Shown: one piece after another, positions 40,972 to 53,218 of the stretch
How the letters are laid out: every line of letters begins with the position of its first letter
How positions within the stretch are numbered: position 1 is the first letter of the stretch
Origin: Dimorphilus gyrociliatus
Lineage: Eukaryota; Animalia; Annelida
Length of the DNA: 64,000 nucleotides
Direction of reading: 5' to 3'
Assembly: GCA_904063045.1 (NCBI GenBank)
Contig: CAJFCJ010000006.1
Location: 1,439,647 to 1,503,646 of the forward strand
Notes under the pieces: model-generated
Database searches by the model: none
The model's input: only the letters and a program-made list of their open reading frames with translations
What the model was told of the DNA's origin: nothing
Program-made: the position numbers and the translations under genes

Positions 40972-43900
40972 TATTCATTCAAACGCAGACATTTTTAACC
41001 CGATTTTACAGGTGTAGAATTGTGTAGAGGCATTCCTTACATCTGCCGCAGTTTGTGTCTTGTTTCGGATTTTTTAAGTTCTATTGTTTTCCGGTGAAAG
41101 TGACGTCACTGTCCAGTGCGCTTTGGAGCGTAGCGACAGGTGTCGCTCAGGTTCGTTTAGCGGGCGCCAGTTGTTGGTCGGCTGTTGTGACGTCAACATA
41201 GCGGATTTTTTATGCTTTACTTTGTAAACACTATGGATCGTTTCTTTACCCGTATATTTAATAGTAATTTACTCAGGTAAGTAAGGTGAATACTTCTGGT
41301 CTAGCTGTCGGCCGTCCGTCTGGTCTCTTGTGGTGGCAGAGTTTCCTATGAACATATCTAGCACCACATGAAATCAGTGCTGTCGGTTCGATCACAACTG
41401 CAAAACGTACTGTTGAGTGTGAACAAGTTACGGATAATAGTTGATTAGTCTTCGTTGAAATACAAATGTGGCACGTTTGAATGGTTTAAGTAAGTATTTG
41501 AATAACATTCGATTAGGCCTGTGTGTACATAAGGCTCAGGACTTCTGAAGGAAAAGACAGTAAAAAAAACGCCACCTAGTGGTCGATGAAAGCTCTAAAC
41601 GGCGGGAATGTACGACAATCATTATAGTGCGTGGTTTAGGCGAAACCACACCCAATTGAGAAAACGTAATGCGATGACTGCTTTCTTATGGTGGTTATGT
41701 ATACTTATCGTAATAGCACCATATGAAATCAGGTCTTGCGCTACGATCAACGCGGTCAATAAACGCCTTTGTTGTTGGCATTGAGCAGCTTGTTGGGTAA
41801 CTAGGCAGCGGCGGACCATAAGCTTTTTACGCAAATTGATCGCGTTTTGTCGACGTAGCGCTTTTAATTATTCATGTGGCTATATTTTCGCGTCTCTTTT
41901 ACATGAAGTTGCCGATATGTTGATTGATTAATTTGTTAAAGTTTGATGATTTCAGAAACGAGATGAGGAAAAGCAGAAGAAGGCAGATCTTGCAAAATCG
42001 TTACAGGACATATGCAGAAAATCCATAGGTAAGAAAATTTCAAAGCGCTTCATCGTTTTTATTGTGTTTTTCTGCTTCATATTTTTTATGGGTTTTAGAG
42101 GAGGATAAAAGGCGTAAATTTATCAAAAAAAGGGCTGAGAACTCAGCAATACCACGGAAACAAGACATTGTTCGAAATTCGTCAGGCAACGCGTCCACCA
42201 AATCGAAGGAAACGGCCTCGTCACAAGTCGACGCTAAAATCGATCAAACGCCTTCTAGTTTGCCACCGCAAACTGACGCCGAATTGGAAGAATTACTCGA
42301 CCGAGTAAGGCTAAGGGCGAAAACGACAATCGAGGAAGAAGAAGAAGACGAATATGCAGAAACACCGGATAGCATTGCCTGGTTCGCAAAGCAATTATAT
42401 GGATTGATGGGAGAAGAAGCGGATTATTTTTTGCATCCGAAAATGGCGCAACGAGTCAGCAAGCCGGTTAATCCGAAATTGCACGCTCAAGGAGGTGAGT
42501 TGCCTGCCTTTCGATCGATAAAGACGTGAGGAATTGGCGTGACTTGTTGCTAGATAAATTTAGTTTTCTCTGTTTAATTTCGATTACCTGTGTATATCTG
42601 CATACATTTGCGTATGCATACAGGTTAGCATTGCGTAGAAACGGCCACCGAATTCTCATACATATATAATTATCTGCATATCACCGACGTTATATGCGCT
42701 CCCACCTATTTTAATATATAATTTAGACGTGAAAATGTACGTGCCAAACGTAAAATATATATATTTAATATAAATATATAAGCATATATATAGAATATAT
42801 ATATTGGTATATAAACCTATATATTTTTTTGTCAAAAAATATTTTTATGTCAAATATTACTTGTTAAGTGGTAAACGAGAATACTCCTCTTTCGCTTAAC
42901 ATATCACCATATCGTATATTCTCTAGGTAGGTTCGTAAAGCGTTTCTATGGAGACGTCTTTAGGATGCTAAGTATACTTAGTTTTGATTTCAAAAGAACT
43001 ATATATACTGTATATGTGTCATATGCTCTCTTAACTGTATTTGGAGACTGAATTTGACTCGAGTTTCTTTGTTATGACAATCGCATAGATGTATGAAAAC
43101 TAAGCAGAGCTTCCGGTTTTTCTCCAATCGATGTGGATGTTGAGTAAACATATAACACGTAATGCTTATAGTGCATGGTGAAATATTGCTTTTGTATTAA
43201 GATGTACGCCGAGAAATTTTGGCCCTTTAGGAAAAAATAATTTGTAAAATACTATATACTTCAATATACTTGACTTCTATATAGAGAATGTATTTCCATT
43301 AAATTTAATTAAGGTCTAATTTACTTTTACGTGATCTTGCTAGCTCAATTAACGCAAATTAGACGTCGCTATCGGAACGCTCTGGTGTTTCATACCTATC
43401 GCGACATTGATTTTAGTCTCTCAGCGTCGCTCTTTATTTTTCACCCCAATCGTTAAACCGGGCAAAAGCTTAGTGAAATGTAAATAAAAGAGGTGTGGAC
43501 GTATTTTTGTGTAATATTTGCCTTGGCCTGTTTGCGTAAGAAAGTAGTAAAACGAGGTTGAGAATTAGCATGTATTCCTTTTTTTTTTCAAGGAGAATCG
43601 GGTGTTAAAAAGTTATGGGGAACTTTGCGCAACGAATCAAAAAAGAAGTTAATGGAGGAAGATGAGACTATTCCGCGGGAATTAAAGGTTAGTTTCATCA
43701 CAATGTTACCTATTCTCCACAGGTTTTCACAGATGTTTCATAACAGATGGCATATAGCGCTTTCGTTCGGGAATCTCTAACTAAGGATTGGAAACCGGTT
43801 AAGAGAAATTTCTTTAAGAAGGACGACGTGCCACAAATGCTGCAGTTGATCGATACAAGTAGGATGGAACGGACTAACGCTAGGAAATATCGAGTTGGTT

Positions 43901-44926
43901 TTCAAATTGTTTACCAACGTCTAATATTTGATGACTTGTCGACGTCTAGGCAGGTCTTATGTTTCGATCGTCCAATATGAACGAAGATAAAAGCAGAGTC
44001 CTGTTGCATAATAAGGATATGACAGAGCACGACAGCGGCGAAGACGGGGTGGCTAGATTTATTCCAGATAATTATGTAAGTATTTTTTATAAGAGCATTA
44101 ACCCTGTTAATTAATTTAATTGATGTTAGACGCCAGAGGATAAACCAGAATATAAAAAGTGGCTTGTCTCAACGGAGGAGGACGATAAAAGTTTTTCAGT
44201 GGAATCCGAATTAAAACTACTGCTGTCATTAGCGAACGAGAGAGACAGAGCCACAGGTGGACGTCCAAAGATTCTACCTTCCATACACTTTCTAACAGAA
44301 AAAGAATCGACAGTCGATGGGGAATTTACCAAGCGTTGGAAAGAGGCAGATGAAAGGAAGAGGCAGGAAAAGCTAGTCAGGTAGAAGAAAATATATGCCT
44401 ATTAATTTCGTCACTAATTTCCCAAAGGCGGTTTACACTGAATCGCTAACACAATCTTTGGCATCTTGTCGAATTTAAATATTTATCATCTTCTCGCCTT
44501 AAATGAGTTTTATTTTACTTACAGCCTTCGAAACTCAAACGGAAATACAGATGGAGCTATAGGTGTGTTCAATCAGCGCCCCCTCTCTGTAGAATCAAAC
44601 CGTTCTACAGAATATGAATGGATATTGACTAGGACAAATAGCTTCTTTTAGTCAATGTCGTTCTTTAAGCACTTTATTTCACTTAAATTTTATTTATTTT
44701 TAATGCATGATGAGATTTTTCACGCATGAAAATCACAACAGAAACGAATATTCGTTGCGTGATAACTGCTGAAGGAGATACATCTGAAGAAATCTGGGAG
44801 CCGTTGTCGATGAATGCCTTGATGGAGTATAGTCGACAGAGAAATGTCGCCGGAAGGGGAGGATTTACGCAGGGTTCGATGAAATATTGGAACTCAGCAC
44901 CTCTTCCAGCCATTCATTCGCAATAG
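39059..44926 (+). CDS. Multi-exon protein with N-terminal coiled coil and TSGA13-like motifs; 5' end uncertain (possibly from about 38626)
   Basis: Phase-compatible exons at 39059-39075, 39122-39200, about 40171, 41956, 42100-42494, 43592, 43747, 43950, 44131, 44525, 44739. Motifs HPKMAQRVSKP and WEPLSMNALMEY..GRGGFTQG..YW resemble TSGA13 as recalled from memory. Confidence 0.65.
41569..41582 (-). promoter_or_regulatory. CTCF-like motif CCACTAGGTGGCGT
   Basis: Matches the CTCF core consensus. Confidence 0.55.
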
Positions 44927-45037
44927 AGATGAAGATGATAAGCTTTCTTTTTGAAATATTTTACACATTGAACTGCATGCAGTGTTTATGATAGCCGTCC
45001 AAATCAGAATACACAGTATTAAACTTGTAACAAATGT

Positions 45038-45864
45038 TCATATTGGGCCTGAATTAAAATTCCCATATCGTCGTTTCCAAATTAAACCACAAATCCAAAG
45101 ACAAACACAGCTCGCTAAGGCGTTTAGAGCGCTTTCCAAAATAAGATAATCCTTGACGCTTGTGATAATAACATCGCAGCCTGTTACGTTCTCATACTCG
45201 TATGAATTTTGAGGATAATTACAGATACACGTATTCTTAATGAGAACGCATCCTTTATATTTTGCAATACGACCCCCATGTAAACCTGAGTAGACGCTAG
45301 CTACTATTGTTGCTAATGAGCAGAGGAAGCTTGTAGACGTAGAAAGAAACTGCAAAAATAGTTTGAAGAGGCGATTAGTTATTGGATTATTGATTTTTTG
45401 TTGATTAAAAACCTTGGCTAAGCACGATTTGACCGTATGCTTAAATTTTGCAGTTTCTGTAATGCAGTAGAAAATTCCACAAAGGGAAGCGAGTAAAAGC
45501 TATAAAAGATAAATGAAATATGGATGATGTTATGTTACAAACATTTTACTAACCGGGATTCCTGTCCAATAACTAGCATCCCTAAGAAGTATGCTTGAAG
45601 AGACAGTTTGTAAAAATAATCCAATAGCAATAAGGCCAACAGCTAAGGCGAACTGGAAAAATTTAAAGAATAGAACATTTGTTTACACTCAACTTTTTTA
45701 CAAAACGATCTTACCTGCATGGCTACCAGGAGAAATTCGATTTTGCACCATTTCGTCTGACAAGATCGTGTCTTGTTAAAATTATGAATATTGTTGCCTT
45801 CTATCTTAGTGGTTTGGTCCACTTGTCCAATTATTAAATTTTCGTAATTGATACGATTCGACAT
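45038..45864 (-). CDS. SSPN: Sarcospan-like tetraspan membrane protein; 4 exons
   Basis: LLVAMQ|FALAVG..VSSSILLRDASYWTGIP, four TM segments, loop TCIC..YEYENVTGC, KDYLILESALN..CLWICGLIWKRRY. This parallels the recalled sarcospan SCQC..YRDVTDC..WKHRY. Confidence 0.8.
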
Positions 45865-45967
45865 ATTTACGTGTTTTGGTGAAAATTCTTATATCGCGTA
45901 GATTACTAGTGAATGCTAAGAATGATTGAAATGCAGGGGAGTATAGAGCAGATCTGCGTATTTTACT

Positions 45968-45981
45968 GTTACTATGGATAC
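45968..45981 (-). promoter_or_regulatory. RFX X-box GTATCCATAGTAAC
   Basis: Fits the 14-bp RTHNYYWTRRNRAC consensus, about 100 bp upstream of the sarcospan-like ATG. Confidence 0.45.
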
Positions 45982-47038
45982 GGGTAGGCGTAAAAAGAAA
46001 GTCTTTTATATTTCTTGTTTACCTTTCCATTTTCGGGTAAAAATGAGGTTAACGAATAAGTTTCTTTCCTTCTTAAAAGACATTACTAATTATGAAAATG
46101 AAGCAAAGTAAAGAAAATGGAAGTTTGTTCTCCTTTCACATAGATTGTATTGCTAGGTGGGTGGGACAAAAGTCAACTATCTTTTTATGTTAAATATTAA
46201 CTACCTATACGAAGCACATTGTATATTTTTCTGATTCTTTTACCTAATTTCCTGATGCTTTACATTTAGAATATACTTTACTCGTCTTAGGCCTACGAGT
46301 TTTTTTTTTTAATAATGACCAATAGCAGGGAAAAAGTAGCGACAGTTTGTCAGTCATTATACAACAGCTATGCGTGTAGCGTTTTACTGTATCCGGTTAT
46401 TTATAAATGTTAAAAAGGAATAAAAAAAAGGATTTTTAACAAAGATATAAAGGAGTCAATTTAGTTCTTTTGTATTCATATAGCAGATTTAACCCTGAGT
46501 AGTGAATAAAATGCTTAAGTTTGTAAGGATATGTATCCTTCGCACAGTTGAAAATTAATTGATCAGAGTAAAGAAAGAGAAAGTCGTTTCTTCATTCGTA
46601 TCTCATGCCAACACATTTGAACGTCGGCACGAAAGACGTATCTTTGATGTCAGAAGATTAGCTAGCCATATTTAGGCTTAATTTAGTATCTTCTTTCGTT
46701 TTCTGTTGTCTTTTATAAGAGAAGTCCTTAAAAGAAACAGATCAGGGTCAGAGAAAGAAAAGGTTTCTTTTATAATTTCCGTGCAATCATACAATCACGG
46801 CAGATATCAATTGCCCCATCTTTATTATATGACTATAAATAGAAGATTTATCACAAAAAGCAATAGAACGTAGCCGGTTACGTGGTGTTAATTAATGAAA
46901 TTATGGGACTGCTCTCGAAATGAAACAGATATGGCAATATTGTTTTGTTATTCGTGTGGTTACTTTTAAAAAAATAAGTAAGCCGCTAGGCGTCTAGGCG
47001 ACAATCGCGTCATCCAGTTGATATATACGTTTTTAACG

Positions 47039-47935
47039 ATGAATAACTCAAGCCTTCCATCACCCTCGGATGAGTTCAGCAAGGTTTATTTGAAATATCC
47101 TCAATTATTTCTCATATTGCTTGGCCTCGTCGGACATTTACTTAGTATTTGGGCGTTTCTCGAAAGGACGTCTAGAAAAGCAGCTTTGTTTAATATTCTC
47201 GCTGCCCAAAGTATTTCTCTCCAGCTCGTCTTCGTTAGCAACTTATTCAATTGGATTTCAGAGTATACTTCCAATAAACTTGTACATAGACCGTTCGCCT
47301 GTCATCTTCATGCTTTTGTTGCGAAATCTGCCTACTTTTCAGCTTTATGCCTATCATTTTATGCTTGCATCGAAAGGTTCTCCTATCTTGTCTATTCTAA
47401 AACGTTCGGAGTCGGAAGAATTAGAATAGCAGTTGTCTTTACAATTATCGTATCCCTAGTCGTCCATTTAAACGTCTCAACAACTTATGGAATTTTCTAT
47501 TCAAAAGAAAGAGCCGACTATTTTTGTTATCAAATGTTAACGAAAATTGAACGACTAGTATTTAATGTTGCCGGTCTACTGTTTGAATTCTTATTAACGG
47601 ATTGTGGAAGAGTTTTTTTATTAGTTAGAATTATTCACAATTCTGATAATACGGACTTTTCTAGGATGATTTATTCTTCAAATATATTCCAGCTCATCTT
47701 CAGTACGCCTCGGCACCTTTTAAGAATCACAGAATTGAAAGATGAACATTTTAAATATTCCTATTTGGAGGTTATTCATACTTCATTCCTGTTAAGCGTT
47801 TCTTGTCATTTCGCCTTTTATTTAGCTACTTCCAAGGATTTTAGGAAAGCTTTGAGGCTCTTCAGAGAACAGACTGAGGGTGATGTTGTTCTAAACATAG
47901 ACTTACCGGACGAAGATCAAAATACGAGTTTCTGA
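47039..47935 (+). CDS. Intronless divergent orphan class-A GPCR
   Basis: ATG at 47039 (MNNSS, N-glycan sequon), TM1 LGLVGHLL, DRY-like CIERF, TM6 FSTP, TM7 CHFAFYLATSKDFR with helix 8. Confidence 0.8.
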   Translation: MNNSSLPSPSDEFSKVYLKYPQLFLILLGLVGHLLSIWAFLERTSRKAALFNILAAQSISLQLVFVSNLFNWISEYTSNKLVHRPFACHLHAFVAKSAYFSALCLSFYACIERFSYLVYSKTFGVGRIRIAVVFTIIVSLVVHLNVSTTYGIFYSKERADYFCYQMLTKIERLVFNVAGLLFEFLLTDCGRVFLLVRIIHNSDNTDFSRMIYSSNIFQLIFSTPRHLLRITELKDEHFKYSYLEVIHTSFLLSVSCHFAFYLATSKDFRKALRLFREQTEGDVVLNIDLPDEDQNTSF

Positions 47936-49072
47936 TAAAGTGACGGCCCGAAGCAAGAAGACGCCAATCACCCTACTTGCATATAGATGGTTGAATGTAA
48001 TGAGATATGATTAACACTTCAAATATTTGGTGGAGGTGCGGTAGCGACTATGCGTATGCTCCATCTATCGCCTTTTTGGAAGAGTACGGTGCGTTGGATA
48101 ATAAACAAGTCAACATAATCAATGGTACAATTCTCTTACTCTTGTAGAAAAGTGACTGGAATTAAGTGCTTGAGACTAATTATATACTTGATACAAAGTA
48201 ATTACCAAAAAAGTTATTAATGAAGAATCTTGTAACATTTTGCAAATATCTATCTTAGTTTCTTGCAAGTTTTTTCGACCTTCTCTTTCTTTCGACTCTT
48301 CTTCATTTCTCTTCTTCCCTATCTCTGACTACTTTTTCTTCCTCTCTCTCTCTCTCTCTCTCTTGATTGTACTTTTAATTTATTCTGAGTTGAATCAAGA
48401 TAATCTGCTTTTGCATTATTATGTATAATAAGTAAACAAAGGATTTCAAAAATATAACATACTGATACTTAGACATGTTTCAAGGCTAGACTCGTTGTTT
48501 TCCCATTTACCATACAAACGTTAAGTAAAGTTGAAAACGGAGCAATTTATGGTCAGAATTTATTACTTTATACGTTTACCAGATGGCACTACTGAATTGC
48601 AAATTAAGGCTCTTTATCAAAGTTGTTTGTTTGACTAAGTAGTTCCAGAGTTTATAATTTTCCTTATAGTGTTTGTAAGTAGGGAAAAAACATGAAAGAA
48701 ATGAGAAATGTACGAAATACACGAAATACACAAAAATTAGTTTTTATCTGTCAAAAGCTCGTAATTATAGGTCGACGGAGATGACTACTATTATAGCAGA
48801 AAGAGAAGGTTTGCAGGTCTCTACTCCGTTTGTAATCATAGGTATAAGTCAATAAATGTATGACGTAAAAAGCGTGCATATATTTAAAGTATGTTAAAAA
48901 TTGATAGAAATAAACAGCTTTAATATGAACGTATATATCAGATAAGATATATAATAGAATACTGCAAAGACATTTTGTCTATCGTATAATAAAATATCTT
49001 AAAAAGCAAGATTTCTACTAATTAAAAATATATTGAAAAAGAAAAATTCCGGTACTACTAGGAGACCAAAGT

Positions 49073-50622
49073 ATGGATTTTTTTGGAAAGCATTTTAACG
49101 TCAGTTCAGTAAATGTAAGGAATTAAATCTTTAAATACTTATTTTAAAGTGGAAATTTAAAGGGTTTTTTTTGTATCAAGCTGGAGATATTCCACGAGAG
49201 ACAAGTTGATAAATTTGGAAGAGTAACTTGGAAAGGAATCTGTATTAATATGCTAAATGAATTGGCTAAATCGTTTAATTTTACCTATAAATTAACGGAA
49301 GCACCAGATAGAAAATTTGGTTCAGTAGATAAGAATGGAGAGTGGAATGGTTTAGTGCGAATGGTTATAGATAAAGTATTTACTATATGTTTTAATTAGA
49401 TATAAAATGTAAATTAATATGTATTTATGTTTTTCTTCCTTTATCCTCTTCTTCAAGAAATCTGATTTTGCGATAGGTAAGCTTACTGTCAATAAGGAGA
49501 GATCGGAAGTAATAGATTATAGCGTTCCTTTTTGGCAAGAAAACTCGGTTATGGTAATGAGAAGAAAAGAATATATAGACTATAGTACTGTCTTTATAAA
49601 ACCTTTCTCTTGGCAAGTTTGGCTTTTTATTGGTCTATGCATTCCAATAATTTCTTTCGTATATTCAATTTTCGAGTTTTATTCGGTGAAGAAGAAAGGA
49701 AATATGAAAAAATCTCTATTTTCATTGTTCGCAAGGTCAATTTGGTTAGTATCGGGTGCCCTATTAAAGCAAAGCGGTAATGATGTATTGATAAGAACAG
49801 GATCGTAGATCAATAGATATTATAGCTCTATTGGATAGCCCTCCCATAGACTTGTTCATTCAGCTAATTTAATTGAATTAAATTGATTAACTGTCATGGA
49901 GGAGTTATAACTTATTTAAAAAGATATCTATTAATCTACGTGTAGGTTTCAAATCGATCATTAGTTGTGTTTGGCTGTTTTCTATAATGATCTGTGCCAT
50001 ATATAATGGTAATTTGATAGCGTTCTTTACAAAACCAAAGCCTAATTTAGAGATTTCAACTTTGAGGGATTTGGCCGAACAAAGTAGATTTAGCTATGGT
50101 CTTTTGGAGGCTTCCGCCTTGCATGTACTTTTTCAGGCGTCAACTAATGGCGTTTACAATACCTTATTAAGAAATAGTATAGGCTTTTCAAGGAATCGAG
50201 TACAATCACATGCAGAAGGAATTCAGCGGGCTTTAACTGGAAATTATGTTTATCTATCAGAAAAATCTGGTGTTATACGGTCGCTTTATAACGGTGACTG
50301 TTTATTAAAAATGGCGGATGAGCAATTTTTCCCATCCTATCAAGCTTTTATATTTGGTAAGGGTTCAAATTATCTTGAAGCATTCAACTCGAAAATATTG
50401 AAAATGAGGGAAACAGGAATGATAGACAAGTGGAAGGACGAATTCTATCCGAAGGACATTTGTAGTTTAAAGGCAAACAATAATGGCTCATCCGTTGTGG
50501 CCACAATATTGCACTTTGAGGGAGTGTTTTCTCTTTTCTTAACTGGATTAGTATTGGCCAGTTTCATTTTACTGGTAGAGCGTTTATTATTTTGGCGAAG
50601 AATGAACAGAAGGGTAATGTAG
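49073..50622 (+). CDS. Ionotropic receptor (IR-type variant iGluR); 5' end/signal peptide not resolved
   Basis: S1 WKGICINMLNELA..FGS..GEWNGLV, DFAIGKLTVNKERSEVIDYSVPF (Arg retained), M1 KPFSWQVW, pore GALLKQ, M3 AIYNGNLIAF, S2 ..KMRETGMIDKW, M4. Confidence 0.9.
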
Positions 50623-50630
50623 CGCCATCT

Positions 50631-53218
50631 TCAGACGTCTCTGTAAGGAAAGAGTTTAGTGTAATATCGTGGGAGGAAATTAAGTATATGTCACAAAAAA
50701 AAAAAAAAATACTGCTGAAAATTAGTGCTTTTCAGTACATATTCGTAGGAGAGTGAGGGGGTGGAGAATGTTGGAAGGCGGTGAAGGAGAAGAATAAGAG
50801 AAATGGGTGGACACAAAAATTACGGACTTGGTACGAAAAAAATGACTTAGTACTAACGAAGCTTCGAGGTGAGAGTCGTGAAGTAAGCGTAGAACTTCCT
50901 TTGGTGATATCTTTCGCTTATGATCGTCGGTATGTAGACTAGCGGGAGTAAAAACGTTTGTTGACGAAATGAACGAGCTGGATGCTAATGAATGAGATAA
51001 CGTTGTTTTATCCTCTTCCCCTTTCCCATTCCATGAATAGCGTTTTTGGATAGCACATTCCGGTTTGGGCGGTTGATTTAAGTCATGAGTAGTACTGGCA
51101 GTCCAATAACGTTTATCTCTGGACAATCGTCGATGGTTTAATTTCGATTTCGTTTCTTCGTCTATGCAGTCCAAATCGGAAGATGAAGAACTGACGGATA
51201 ATCGATCGGTTGCGAAGACATGCCGTAGTTGATCTATCCTTGGTGAAAGTTGTTTGTTCCTGGCTCCACTCACAGTTGCTGCTCTTGACCTGATTTCTGT
51301 TTGTTCCACATGGCCGGATGAGGACGTGTCTAACAACTCCATACTCATACTGACATTATTTGAAAGTCTTTCTGCCGCTTTTTCTTCTAACGCAACCTGA
51401 GATAAAAGTTCTGTGGAACTAACCTTCTCACTAACAGGGTATTCCATAAGGCTAGAGTTTCTCCTCCCACTCCACAATTCTACATATGCTTTTTTGGCGT
51501 TCGTTATATCTTCGTACCATTTACTGTTGTTTGCAGTAAAAGTGTAGACACAATTAACACAACCAAACTCATTAATATATGCTAAAGAGAACATAGTATC
51601 TTTGAGAAATATAGGCTTAACCAAGTCTAACCTCATGGGTGGCTTGATTACCCTAACTCTACTTTCCGCTTTTTTCGAGCGTTTCGCGACTAGAACGAGA
51701 TCGGTGAATAGAAAGAGTATAATTTCTTGCGATTTTACGCTCACGCCTTCTTTCATCTTTAGATATCCTTCTTTGATTAGACGCCTCCTATAGTGTTCTC
51801 CGCAAACCGCCATAGGAGAAGAAATATCATATTTTAAGGCGTCTTGTAAATGAAAATACACTTCTTCCGGATGAGTGTCTATTAAATCGAAACTTTCTAT
51901 TCGTTGCGTAATATTAAGTAATTTGGCCTGTTGATCATGTATTTGTATCTGTTCATTTACTGAACTTACAAAACTCTTAATACGATTTAAAGTCAACCCT
52001 AATTTACGTTTGTCGCACTCATCGTCGGTACATTCCAATAATCTTTGTAGAAGTAAAACGTGCCGTGTTATATGTTGCATAGGACTGCTTAAATAACTAG
52101 CAACATCCAATTTGTTCAAGTTCGTATGACTATTCGCCCAGGTATAGAATTTCTGAAAGGCTGTATTCCTCTCGCGTTCCTCATTGATGTATTCCTTACA
52201 TTTTTCCATTTTAAGATTATATTGATATTCTTCTAAGAATAGATCTCCGAATTCGTACAATTCTTCCAAACTAGCTGAATTAACAGGTCTCTTACTCTCT
52301 CGTATTTTTCTTATAAAAGGCGATATGACGTCATTCCACCTCCTACAGCATTGTACATAGACGTCGTTTAGATTGAAAACGATTTTGTCAATATCAACAC
52401 CTCCTAATAAATGTTCATTCGTCAAATGTCTTAACGGTCGTACGAATACGTCAACTATAATTTTTAATTTAAGAGCATAGTTCGCCTCGAAGTGTAAAAT
52501 TTCCCACACTACACTTTGCTGCTGGCGTTCGCTCTTTGATAGGCCTTCATCAGATATTACAGCATTCCATTCGGATTCTAATTCGATGGCTCCGGGATCA
52601 AATTCCAACGATTCGCTACGTTTTGGTAAGCGTTTACCAAATTCAGTAAGGCGTCTGGTAAGGGCATCATCAATCCCCTGAGATCTTATTTTTAATGACG
52701 GTGAACCTTCGTCGTCTGATTTACGATGCTTGTTGGTCTTTATAAAAAAAAGATAAAAAATTATTTAACTGAACCGAAAGCGTATAGCAAAGTAATATAA
52801 CAGCAGAAATCAATTTCTCAATGAAACAATAAGGAAAAAAGAACTGAAAGAATACTAAAAAAAGGCCAATTAATTAAATATATATAACATATATACTATA
52901 TATATATATACACATTTATATATATATATATACTGTATATATACATATGAATAAATAATTATATATATATATATATATATATATAACCATACGGATTATA
53001 TAATCTATTAAGATAGAGTTTACATTTCTATATTAGAAAAGTCATAAATATTTAAGACGACAATCTAAAACAAAAAATAATAATAGAAAAGAAGCTTTTC
53101 CTACTGTTTTAGGTCTTTCATTAACTTTTTGAACCTTTTTAGACGCCATACTTTCGTCAAAATCAACAAAAAATTGTAAGGCATCTCGCTGTAGTTTAGC
53201 AATATTCGTCGCCGACAT
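50631..53218 (-). CDS. DH-PH Rho guanine exchange factor (PLEKHG5/6/7 family); exons 53218-about 53105, about 52737-50858, 50640-50631
   Basis: DH QQSVVWEILHFEANY..LSSPMQHITRHVLLLQRL, PH RRLIKEG..LFLFTDLVLV. Upstream exon MSATNIAKLQ joins in phase 0. Terminal micro-exon gives ..HLEASDV-stop. Confidence 0.9.

Noticed and set aside
50722-50857. C-terminal LSHFFRTK..TEKH extension of the RhoGEF ORF
   Set aside because: Low-complexity and intron-like. Splicing to 50640 gives a family-typical PDZ ending.
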